From: Octopus sinensis
Taxonomy: Eukaryota
DNA: 64,000 nt
NCBI RefSeq assembly: GCF_006345805.1
Contig: NC_043019.1
Location: forward strand, 21,947,360-22,011,359
Reading direction: 5' to 3'
A program made the position numbers and the translations under genes. Each line of letters begins with the position of its first letter. Position 1 is the first letter of the stretch. Shown piece after piece: positions 52,713-64,000 of this stretch. The notes under the pieces are model-generated. The model did no database searches, was not told the DNA's origin, and saw only the letters and a list, made by a program, of their open reading frames with translations.

Positions 52713-55112
52713 CTAAACAAAGAAGAAAATAGAACTCAGTACACAACTGAAGAAAATTCATTCAAAAATGAACTAAATACGATTCTTTTAATATTTTATA
52801 TAATAACAATAATAGTGACAGTGTAAGTCAATTACATTGATCTCAGTATTCAACTGACACTTATTTTATCGACCTCAAAAGGATGAAAGGCAAAGCTGAC
52901 CTCAGCAGCATTTGAACCCAGAATGTAAGGACAGAATGATAACAACAACAATACTTGTTCAAAATTTTGGTACAAGGCTAGTAATTTTAGGGAGAGGGGA
53001 GGTTTGTTGATAATACCATCCCCAGTGCTTAACTGGTATTCATTTTATTTACCTTTTAAAAAAAATGAAATACTAATTAGAATCTTTTGCAAAACATTAC
53101 TCAGATTCAGTGCAACCTATCAGATAGGGGAAAATGAAGAGAAGGTCAGTATTAGTAAGGTAAGTAAAAAAAAAAAAAAACAGTAATTTATAGACAAAGA
53201 TGCATGCAGAGAATACAGAACAAAACAAGATGAAAAATACAAACAGAAAGAGAGCCATAAAGGGGAAAACTATGTATAGGTGGTTCGACAAAGCAGTACT
53301 GGGAAACAGCAGAAATCATGAAATTTTTAGAGGATAAAGTATTTTGACAGTTAACATCTCACATGATTTATTCCATGCTTCAGCAATTCTGAACATGAGA
53401 AAAAAGTGTTTCCAAAAAATTTTTAAATTACATCGAAATTCAACTGTAGGGATACAAATGAATTAATAAATTATAAAATTATATTAAATAAACTAATTTT
53501 AAAATTTTACGAAAATTATAATTTTTTTATTTTGTTTTTATGCAGACTAATGAACTGTGTATACGAACTGTGGAATCAATATGGGGTGCGGTCGGGTGAA
53601 TAGAGATCGACAGTAATTGAAGAGAAATAAAATGTCTACTGCTAACTCAAATACGGAATATTAATTTATGCAAAGGGTTTGATATAGCTCAGCTGAAAGA
53701 AATGAATGGTCATTAAAGTGTAATTTATTAAGATGAATGATTAAATAATTGCAGTGGTAAGAACATTTAGATTGGATAAACTAGAATATTGTCATATGAT
53801 GGATAACTTTGGAAGTATACTTTTACCACCATGGATATTAGGAAATATGGAATATATACAATAATTACACTCTGTAATAATTTCTTTTTTGTCTTTGGTT
53901 AATTAGTGTTATTATCTATTTCTTCTATCTAGAAATCAAAGGTAATGACTATTATTCCTTTCAAATTTCACTTTTGTGACCTGGACATCAATGTTTTGAA
54001 ACTGACCTATTTTCCAATACATTTCAGACAGATTCAGTGCTGAACTGCTGAAGCAGAAATATTGTTATAGCAAATATTCTGCTCAATAGCACAGATTTGC
54101 TTGTCAGATGCTTGACCTTAACCACTTGAGCATCTCCCTCAGTAACTTACAATATGTGCATCTCTGATCATGAGCGGGAGTAGTGAGTGGGGGGCAACAT
54201 AGCCATGTATTAAGAGGGATTCTTTGGGATTTGAATAAATGTAACAAAAGCAAAATTTGAAGGAAATATTAGACATTTTTCACACTTTCTCGGAGTAAGC
54301 AAATGGGAAATAACAGTTGCTACCGAAGGAAAAATTGTATTACACAAGGTTATAATTTAACCCTTTAGAATTTAAACTGGCCATATATAGCTCAAATATT
54401 CTACTTGTTTTCTGTTAACACTGGCCAGATATGGCCTCTCACACCTACCCTGCTAAGCCATTCTAAAAATAGGCAAACACATCATTGAAAACTTGAAACC
54501 AGGCCCATGAGCCTGGCTAGGCTTTAAAAGGGCGCATTTATTTTATATTTTTATTAATATATCAAGATTGTATATGCATAAGAAGTGCTATGTTAAAAAG
54601 GAACCATTATTGATTTTGAAGAAGAGGAATACTCAGGTTAACCAAAATTAAACAGGCCTACAATTAAAGGTAATCCAGACATAAGTCATCACCTCACCTC
54701 TTTCTGTTTACTTCTTGTGTTTTAAGATTGTAGAGTATATTATTCGAGGATGACTTCACCACTGTTTCTAGTCATTCGAACACAAGCTGGAATTATTAAC
54801 ACAAAGCTTTTCATCCAGCTCTAAACTTAAATCCTACTGAAGTCAATTTTGTCATCCTTTCAGTGTTGATCCATGAAGTACCATTCTACCCTGCCATCGC
54901 CTATCTGAGTGGTAGTCTTAATCCATCACTCACTTTAATAACCCCCCTCTGGTATCCTTAGGTATCTTTAGTCCTTCTCTTCATCGGTCTCAGAGGTCCT
55001 GTAAAGAGTCATGGGTGCTGCCCTTCCTCCTGACTAAAACAAAATAAAAAGAGGGGTGGCAACAAGGCTACTGGTTGATGTTGACTGACAGCTCTCTCTC
55101 TCTCTCTCTCTC

Positions 55113-56420
55113 AATACATTTGCACTTTACTGTACATGTGCATTGATGTTGCACATCCAACAGAGCATACTACCTTCATTTCTCTCCAGTCTACACAGGC
55201 CTTCTGCATTCACAACCCATGTCACACTACCATGGAGTATAGCCATTCAATCACAAGCATCATATAGTCTACCTTTCACTCTGGGAGAGAGATCTTTTGT
55301 TGCCAACAGAGGTAATAGCTCTTTGAACTTCCTCCACCCACTGCTTATTCTAGAAACAAAAATTTCAGAGCATCCTCTACCATTGCTAATTTGGTCACCT
55401 AGGTAACAGAAACTATCTACAACCACAAGAGAGTCTCCTGAGAGAATCTAAGTCCCATGTGCTCTTAGTACTTATTGTTCCTGCACATCTGCCACATACA
55501 AAGACGACTTTATCTCGATCTACCTGTGGTTCCACTGCACCTCTTATGTGTCCATAGTTTACACTGGGTGCAGTGAATGGAATTTCTTCCCACTCCTTTC
55601 CTACATATTGAGCAGGGCCATTTACCTGATGGAAAGAGAGTTTTATCTTATTTCTTACTAACAACAACTTTGGTCGTAGCTAGGTTAACTTTAAGTACCT
55701 ACTACTACTAACGGATCCGGCGCCTTTCGTGGAAGCTTTTGCCCGCTTCTTAGGACTGACTGACCCATGCTCGACCGCTGTTGGCACGGAACCCATCTAT
55801 ACTTCGGTCTTCGAAGGTCTCGTTCGAATATTTGCTACTACCACCGAGATCTTTAAGGCCTTTTGATTCCAGGTTGTTTCCATACCTGGAAGTTCTCCAG
55901 TTCTACTAAAGATTCTGTAATAAGAACAAGGTCATCAGCATATAGCAGTTCCCACAGGCACATGGTTTTTGAATTTTTCTGTCATGGCCTGGAAAACTAT
56001 AATGAATAAGAGTGAGCTGAGAACTGAGCCCTGATGAACCCCTACCTGTACACTAAATGCATCACTGCATTCATGGTTGACTCTCACCTTACTGACAGCA
56101 CCACTGTACATGGCTTGTACAGCTCTAACAAGTCACTCCGCTACTCCTTACTTCCTCAGAGACCATCATTTAACAGAGCAGGGATCTCTGTCAAAAGCTT
56201 TCTCCATGTCAACAAAGGCTAAGTACACTGGCTTGCTTTTGGCTAAGTACTTTTCCTGCAGGTGTCTCACTAGGAAGATGGCATCTGCGGTACTCTTCCC
56301 AGGTATAAAACCAAACTGCATCTCATTCAGTTTAGTTCTAGTTCTAATCAATTTAGCTTTAACCCTCTCAGTAACTTTCACGACTTGGTCTAGCAATTTA
56401 ACACCTCTGTAATTGTTTCT
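55113..56420 (-). mobile_element. Degenerate RTE-clade LINE ORF2 (RT and C-terminus), interrupted by the 28S insert
   Basis: Minus-strand motifs NYRGVKLL, QFGFIPGKST.DAIF, AFVDMEKAFDR, GVHQGSVLS, ELLYADDLVL, GLK|VNL, FCYLGDQIS, GWRKFKELLPLL. Stops, frameshifts and an internal deletion are present. Confidence 0.92.
55696..55850 (-). pseudogene. Retroposed 28S (LSU) rRNA fragment with (TAG)n tail and 7-bp TSD
   Basis: Minus strand reads (AG)ATCTCGGTGGTAGTAGCAAATATTCGAACGAGACCTTCGAAGACCGAAGT...CATGGGTCAGTCAGTCCTAAG, recognisably the conserved LSU core AGATCTTGGTGGTAGTAGCAAATATTCAAACGAG.... Direct repeat CTTTAAG at 55689-55695 and 55851-55857. Confidence 0.92.
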
Positions 56421-56683
56421 AAGACATCCCCTTTACCCAGGTAATAGATACTTAAATTTTCATAGTTATAGAATGCTCGCAAAAGCTTCTTACATTTAAG
56501 GGTGTGGGCAGCGTCTGTACCTATGAAATTTTAAGCAATAAATAGTTGGGCTGACCTATTATAAAATGCTTTCAACTGAAACTAAATGTGTTCAGTGCTA
56601 TTTTTTTCTTTCATCTGTTCACCTTGAGTGTCTATGTATGTATATGTGAGTGTATGTGTATGTATATAGATATATGTATGTAT

Positions 56684-56840
56684 ATCATCATCATCATCAT
56701 TTAGCATCCGCTTTCTATGCTAGCATGGGTTGGACAGTTCAACTGGGGTCTAGGAAGCCAGAAGGCTGCATCAGGCCCAGTCTGATCTGGCAGTGTTTCT
56801 ACGGCTGACGCCCTTCCTAATGCCAACCACTCCGTGAGTG
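56684..56840 (-). mobile_element. RTE-tail retroposon copy
   Basis: (CAT)n plus family consensus. Confidence 0.82.
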
Positions 56841-56984
56841 TATATGTGTATATTTTGTTTACTTAACTAGGATGTGTATGGATTATACCAAACTGGCTTG
56901 GTGCCTCAATTTAAGTACCTAGTTCAACTGAATCTTAATTATATTATATTATATTATATATATATATATATATGTTTATGTATG

Positions 56985-58227
56985 TCATCATCATTTAATG
57001 TCTGCTGTCCATGCTGGCATGGGTTGGAAAGTTTGACCAAGGCTGGCAAGCTGGAAGGCTGCACCAGGCTCCAGTCTGACTTGGCATGGTTTCTACAGGT
57101 GGATGCCCTTCCGAACACCAACCATTCCAAGATTGTAATGCATGTCCTTACATGGAACCAGCATGGGTGCCATTTGCGTGACACTAGTATCTGCCGTGAC
57201 TGTGATCTTATTTGGTTTGATGGGTTTTCTTCTCAAGCACAACATAATGCCAAGTTCTCAGTCATTCATCATTGCCTCTGTGATCAACCACTTTATTCCG
57301 TGAGGCCCAATGCTCAAAGGTATTTTTTACGTGTCCATTACATGATATGAGCATCAGCCCTGACTACGATTTCACTTGGCTTCACAGGTCTTCTCAAGCA
57401 ATGCATATAACCAAAAGTCTCGGTCACTAGTCACTGCCTCTGTGAGACCCAAAGTTAAAAGATCATGTTTCACCACCTCATCCCATGTCTTCCCAGGTCC
57501 ACCATAATCACAGGTTCCCCCCAACAGTTAGAGATCAGCACTCCTTTACACAGCTGTCCCTGTCCACATGATCATATCAGCACAGTTGTCTCTCTTGCAC
57601 ACCACATCCAATACCTATTATGCCCAACTTTCTCTCAAGATGCTTACACTCTGTAGTACATGCATACATTGCACATCCAGTGATGCATAATAGCTTCATT
57701 TCTTTCAAGCCTACACATGTCCTTGGCTGTCAGCAGCCTATGTTTCACTGCCAAGTAGCACAGTTGTTTGCACACAGGCATAATACAATCTGCCTTTCAC
57801 TCTGAGGTAGAGGCCCTTTGTTACCAGCAGAGGTAGGAGTTCTCTGAACTTTGCCCAGCCTATTCTTATTCTCACAGCTATGCTCTTGGAGCATCCACCT
57901 CCTACCTCTAGCTTACTTGCCTGGCAGTTGATGGAGTCTATTTTCTGTACATTTTCAGTGTTTATTGTACCTGTGCATCTTCCACACACAAAAGCTATTT
58001 TCCTGTTAATCTTCCTCTGATATTGCCGCACCTCTATGTGTCCATAGCTTACACCAAGTACATCTTATGGATTTTCTACCTTCATCTTTTCCACAGATCA
58101 AGCAGAGCCATCTACCTGAAGGGATTTGTAATTTGTCTGCCCTCCTACTGACTAAGACTTTGGTTTTTTTTCTAGATTAACTCTAGACCTTGCTTCCGAA
58201 CCTGAGTCTTCTTCTCTAGTTCATGTA

Positions 58228-58228
<1 letters not shown>
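56985..58228 (-). mobile_element. 5'-truncated RTE LINE: ORF2 3' part, long 3' UTR and (GAT)n tail
   Basis: Translates to KTKVLVSR...FVCGRCTGTI...GWAKFRELLPLLVTKGL.LRVKGRLY.ACVQT..L.GSET. The UTR ends in the AGGAAGGGCATCC...CCAACCCATGCCAGCATGG...(GAT)n tail shared with many short repeats in the window. Confidence 0.88.
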
Positions 58229-58273
<45 letters not shown>

Positions 58274-58278
58274 TATAA

Positions 58279-58445
58279 TCATCATCATTATTGTTTAATG
58301 TCTGCTTTCCATGCTAGCATGGGTCGGACGGTTTTACTGAAAGCTGGCAAGCCAGGAGGCTGCGCCAGGTTCCAATCTGATCTGGCAAGGTTTCTACAGC
58401 TGGATGCCCTTCCTAATACCAACCATTCCGAGAGTGTAGTGGATA
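58279..58445 (-). mobile_element. RTE-tail retroposon copy
   Basis: (CAT)n plus family consensus, next to a long (AT)n. Confidence 0.8.
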
Positions 58446-59861
58446 AGTGTGTGTATGTGTGTGTGTACACACACACTTAAATTCACCTAAATTCAACTAA
58501 TATAATATACAGTCCATGCAATTCCAAAGCACCTGACTGCATCTAAAATTTCATCAGGAAAAAAAAATGTCACTTGAACATGTGCAATATCCAATTATCC
58601 TTTACACTTTTTATTATCATTATTATTATTATTATTATCAACACTTTGCTCTACTCTAACACATTGGCAGCATGATTTACAGTTAGAATACATAAATACA
58701 CATTGCAGCAGTCATTAGTTTGAGCTGGAACAGCTGTGGCCAGTGTGACCATTAACTAATTCATTAACAGCAAGATTTACAGATAGCAAAGTAACAGTAG
58801 TGGTGTTGATGATGGTGGTGGTGGCAGTAGTTGTAGTAGTAGTAGTTGCAACAGCAGCAGCCATTACACAGTGCTGCCAATAGCTGTGGATGGAGAAAAA
58901 AGTTTAACTCAGTCAAAATATTTTCCATTTAATGTAGTATCATAAAATATAATATAGCAGCCATTGTACATCAGTGCTGCTAGCAACTTTGTACATTTTT
59001 TTTTATTTTGACCTTCATTGGTCAACAGTGACCATACCTTAACAAGATTTGTGTGTGTGATGAAAAATAGCCGTTGTCCATGCATTCAAGTTTCCTCTCT
59101 CCATGATACTAATATTTATACTAGTGAAAATACAATTTAGCACCAATATCAACACAAGCACTGCTTTCAGAATGAAAAGAACACAAACAGATACTACAAA
59201 TTATTTTTCTCAAACCTCCAACAGTTCTCTCAATCTACCATCCTGGATTAATACTTTTTTTTTTTACTTGCCCCAAAAGAATGATGGCTGCATAGCATTT
59301 TATTCTGCACTATAACAACACTGACAATGATAAATCATTGACAATTTAAATTACCAAGGTACCATAGCCAACCATTACACAAGTGAGTTAACAGTATTAG
59401 TGCTGATACCACCTGTGGGATGAATTGAATGGAACTTCGTAGCAAATATTTAGGAAAGGAGTTGGGTGTGATTCAAATGTTCAACTCACTTTTCTAGTTT
59501 GTATGGGTAAGATGGAATTTGTGAAGATAGATTTTCTAAGACCAGATGTCCATCCAGTCACCAACCCTCCCTTGTTTTAAGCACGTAATATTTCCCATGA
59601 CCCAACGTGTTCTCCACAGAAGACAGGAAACATTGCTTGTATGACAATGATGTTCATTTACAGCTACATGATGTCAAGACAAAGTGACACACACACACAT
59701 ATATATATACATGACAAGCTTCTTTCAGTTTCCATCTGCCAAATACATTCAACTTCACCATGAGTAGAAAACACTTGCCCAAGGTGGACTGAACTGGAGA
59801 CTACATGGTTGGGAATAGAGCTTCTTAACCACACATCCATGCATGTGCCCATATCTATCTA

Positions 59862-59903
<42 letters not shown>

Positions 59904-59947
59904 TCAATAAATGGTGGGGTTGTGTTGACCGCACGTGGAGAAATGAT

Positions 59948-61277
59948 AAGCAAGGAAAAATTGTAAAAAGGCAGAATGCTAAATTGAAAGAAAATTTTAA
60001 TGAAAATAGGTGTATGGAAAATTTTGAAAAATTGATAAAATATATATATATTAATTCAAACCGGTTTTCATCATAATGTGACTTTTCAAGAATTGTAAAT
60101 AAATTTTTTTTTTTAATGTAAGGAGGGGGGGGGAGAAAATTACATTGCTTTTTGCAAAAAAATAATAATAAATATATACAAAAATTAAAAAATAGGTACT
60201 CCGATACATTGTAAAGTCTTTGTGTATGATAGTTCATGAAAAAATTACCTTGAAGAACAAATAAATCTCCCGGAATACCGGCAAATCCCACTGAGTGACC
60301 ACATAGACTCATGCGCTAAAGTCAAAAATCCCAAATTCTACATATTCCCCTTCTACCAATGTAAAGACAGAATCACCACACAGGAGAGAATTAACAAGGA
60401 GAATCTCTTTATTGAAAAATTCAAAACACATCTTAATATGCAAACTCCTCGTTGATCATACTTCTTTTTTCTACCTCATTCTTCATGGATGGACTAACAC
60501 AAATATATAAGGATACCATGCAGTCATCACTTCAAGCTAAAACTTATATTCTTTAAATATCATTATTATTATTGTTGTTATTATTATTATTATTTTTACT
60601 ATATATGACATAACAATCTAAAATGTAATTATAAATTGGTTTATGCAAATTTATATAATTAGAAAACAATATAAATAAAGTGTTAAAATCTGAATGTTAA
60701 GTTAGCAAACAATTATATAAAAAAAGATAATGCAAATGAAGCTAAAATGATAATTTTATAATTTAAGGTTTATTAACACCCTTTATTACAAAAAATTGAT
60801 AAACACAAATTGAAGAGCTTAAAACCCATAGAGTTATCTCCCCTTATTCACAACACAGGAACTGGACTCTTACTACTTCCTGTTTTGCCATTCACTTAAG
60901 AGACACCCTTAATTAAATTAAACAACACATGGATTTAATCCCATTGGATCTCAATACTTCAAGGTAATTTTTTCGTGAACTATCATTAAACTCAAGATAC
61001 ACAAAGACTTTACAATGTATCGGAGTACCTATTTTTTAATTTTTGTATATATTTATTATTATTTTTTGGCAAAAAACAATGTAATTTTCTTTTTACCCCC
61101 TCCTCACATTTAAAAAAAATGTTTTCTTTACAATTCTTGAAAAGTCACATTATGACAAAAACCGGTTTGAATTAATATATATATATATTTTATCAATTTT
61201 TCAAAATTTTCCATACACCCATTTTCATTAAAATTTTCTTTCAATTTAGCATTCTGCCTTTTTACAATTTTTCCTTG

Positions 61278-61280
<3 letters not shown>
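59948..61280. repeat. Long inverted repeat: arms 59948-60255 and 60957-61280, 701-bp spacer
   Basis: The arms reverse-complement each other with few substitutions and one ~12-bp indel; (AT)n tracts lie outside both ends. Confidence 0.88.
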
Positions 61281-61331
<51 letters not shown>

Positions 61332-61909
61332 CACACACACACACACATTTTTTCATCATGTTAAACCATTAATCCCAATGTATTTTCCTCTTTATCTCCA
61401 TTTTTTTCCTTCTCATGTCATTCTGTCAAAGAGTGTAGGCTTCAAATGTCAAAGACTTTTCCATTCTTTCCAAGCATCAAACTAATACACATACACGTTG
61501 TCCCCTTACCTGTCTTTGTCTTTTGTGTTCTGTACATTTGAACTATAAAAGAAGACAAGGTATAAATAATGGTCATTACATGTTTTTCCTTTATTAGAGT
61601 AAATTTAGCTTACACTTGCTTCCAATAGTCATTATAAGTACATTACTGACAGGTTTACTTAATTGGTCTACTGATCAGTTGAGAAAAATTGAAAGACCAA
61701 AAACAAAATGCTACTTATATCTGTATATTTTCCATAATAATTCCTTATTTCAAACTCAAATATTTACCTCTATTTAAGAGATATCCATAATATCCCAGAA
61801 ACAGCAGTAACACTATATATTTTCTCCTTATAAATGTCCTGAAAACTCCTCACAGCCTTGGCTTTGTTATCTCATTTTGATATATATATATATATATAAA
61901 AAAAAAAAA

Positions 61910-62191
61910 CCATCCAAGCATGGCCATTCGCCAGCCTCGTCTTGCACCTGTGTCGGTGGCACATAAAAAACACCATCCGAGCGTGGCTGTTCGCCAGCCT
62001 CGTCTGGCACCTGTGTCAGTGGCACATAAAATCACCCATTACACTCTCGGAGTGGTTGGCGTTAGGAAGGGCATCCAGCTGTAGAAACACTGCCAGATCT
62101 GACTGGCCTGGTGCAGCCTTCGGGCTCCCCAGACCCCAGTTGAACCGTCCAACCCATGCTAGCATGGAAAGCGGACGTTAAACGATGATGA

Positions 62192-62192
<1 letters not shown>
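61910..62192 (+). mobile_element. Young RTE-tail retroposon copy with tandem head modules
   Basis: Family consensus; (GAT)n tail runs into (AT)n. Confidence 0.88.
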
Positions 62193-62246
<54 letters not shown>

Positions 62247-62954
62247 TATAATTAATAAAAAAAAAAACGAAGAAAAAACACAAGAAAAAGAACAACAATG
62301 CGAGGACGTGATACATGCAAAGCAGGGAAGGAAAGAAAGGGTGTTTTATGTTTTGAGCAAAGCTCTTCTTCAGAAACAGGAGACAGAGGAAAGTCCAAGA
62401 GAAAAGGAAAACAGAGGGAAAAAAAAAAAAATCGCCAACAATCCATATGTAGTTACATATATGATGTATTTGTTTTGCAAGATTCCTGATGTGAAATCGT
62501 GCGTTGAAGCAGAAGTTGTTATATTTTGGGACGGTCATTTTTTCTTGCCAAATAAATACACACACTATGTATTCATTCTTCACTTGTTTATTATTGTTTT
62601 TTATTTTATGTCCATTGTCTTGAAATCTTTTGTTACACACCTGTGACCTCTTCAGCAAATCTCTATCCCACACGTCACCTCCTGTTCTGTTTAGTCCATT
62701 CTGTCTTTGTGTGGTGCATATCCTTATCTGCATGTGTGTCTGCGTGTGTGGGGGGTTGCTTACTATACTGTTTGTATCCATATAAAATTCAGTGGGTAGT
62801 AAATATACAGAAGTCCATTGTGTGTGTATATATGTGTTTGTGCATGTGCCTGTGTCCACATGTCTCCTCATTGACACTGTTAGGTCAACAGCGTGATGAG
62901 TGTTTATCTCCCTCCTGATACATCAAACAAATTGGTTGGTTCCAACCTGTGCAA

Positions 62955-63276
62955 ACCTATGGAACAAAATGTACTGTACTTACAAATAAGAACAGGCTGG
63001 CATCAAAAAATGATATCCAGCCAGGGAATGCTATCTCAAACAGTTTTGTCCAACCAATGCTAACTTGGGTGAGAAAATAAATTAATGTAAAACCACAATG
63101 AAGCCAATGACCAATACCTATGGAACAAAATGTACTGTACTTAGAAAGAAGAACAAGCTGGCATCAAAAAATGATATCCAGTCAGGGAATGCTATCTCAA
63201 ACAGTCTTGTCCAACCAATGCTAACTTGGGTGGGAAAATAAATTAATGTAAAACCACAATGAAGCCAATGACCAAT
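62955..63276. repeat. 161-bp tandem duplication
   Basis: 62955-63115 vs 63116-63276; six substitutions counted. Confidence 0.92.
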
Positions 63277-64000
63277 ATTGATTTTTTTTTTTTCTTTCCT
63301 AACCACATAATTATTGCTTTTTGATGTTCTTGCATTAAACATGTTGTCACTAACTTAGTTACATTCAATAATATATTAATATCAAGCAATATTAAATATT
63401 ATAAATACCAGTTTGAGACGGAAAAAAAAAAGAAAGTCTCATCGATGTGACATAACTCTTGTATCTATTACGTGCAAAGTCTGTTTCTCTTTTCTGTTTT
63501 AAAAATAAGTGCGTTTTGTGTGATGTTTCATACCACTTTACATTGGAAATTTTCAGAATTAATTCATTGATCAACTATTAATAGTTTAGACAGTATAGCA
63601 GTAGAGTGTTGAATTAGTAACTTTGTACACAAATGGCACTAATCATTAGCACATCAGACAAAATACTTAGTGACTTTTCTTCCAATTCATTATGTTCTGA
63701 GTTCAAATTCCACCTAGGTCAGTTGAGTACAGGGTTCAATGTAATTGACTTACCTCATTCCTCATCTGCCAAAATCAGAAAGGAATTAATGTAGTAGGTG
63801 AGGTGGGTTGGGGGTGCTCTAAATTATAGATTTGGGTTCTTTGTAGAGAAAACACAGGAGTTTTATAACAGAATATAAATTTTTGATTCTGAGTGCTGTA
63901 TTCTAGTCATAATCATCATGCATTGAACACATTTTGCAGCACGTTGATGGCACTAAAACAAAAGTCTTCCTGATAAAATGTGAGTTCTTCCATTGGATGA

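Noticed and set aside
52713-52761. N-terminal MNFLQLCTEFYFLLCL of ORF 52201..52761
   Set aside because: It lies in the polypyrimidine tract upstream of the AG acceptor and is intronic read-through.
55696-55850. Functional rDNA locus or R2-type insertion site
   Set aside because: Only 155 bp with no flanking rDNA; the rRNA piece is the insert within a LINE, not the target.
61420-61460. Possible Penelope-associated hammerhead ribozyme (CTGTCAAAGAGTGTAGGCTTCAAATG)
   Set aside because: The CUGANGA and GAAAC cores each have multiple mismatches; too degenerate to support.
62062-62877. Longest ORF in the track (271 aa, minus strand)
   Set aside because: It runs through poly-T, (AT)n and a retroposon; no recognisable domain and no convincing phase-1 donor to make it the PATJ/MPDZ first exon.

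Overview
AT-rich, microsatellite-dense eukaryotic DNA. The repeat families point to an octopus/coleoid cephalopod genome; this is inferred from repeat content only. The only clear host coding sequence is a 508-bp minus-strand exon (52205-52712, canonical AG/GT) encoding an L27 domain and the first part of PDZ1 of a PATJ/MPDZ-type scaffold, so most of the window is probably giant intron. The rest is a mosaic of tRNA-derived SINEs, RTE LINE remnants and their (GAT)n-tailed 3' ends, a full-length but dead Tc1 (DD34E) transposon, TTAA- and TA-flanked MITEs, Helentron/HINE-like elements, local duplications and simple repeats. The most unusual item is a 155-bp 28S rRNA-derived insert with a perfect 7-bp target-site duplication and a (TAG)n tail. 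It sits inside an RTE LINE and ends where the protostome 28S hidden break is expected. Also notable are an exact 1,000-bp tandem duplication (possible assembly artefact), a 24/48/96-bp hierarchical minisatellite, and a candidate internal promoter plus a 98-bp Cys-rich exon at 16.7-18.4 kb. Nearly all ORFs in the supplied track are microsatellite or repeat artefacts. Repeat boundaries and identities are by-eye estimates.
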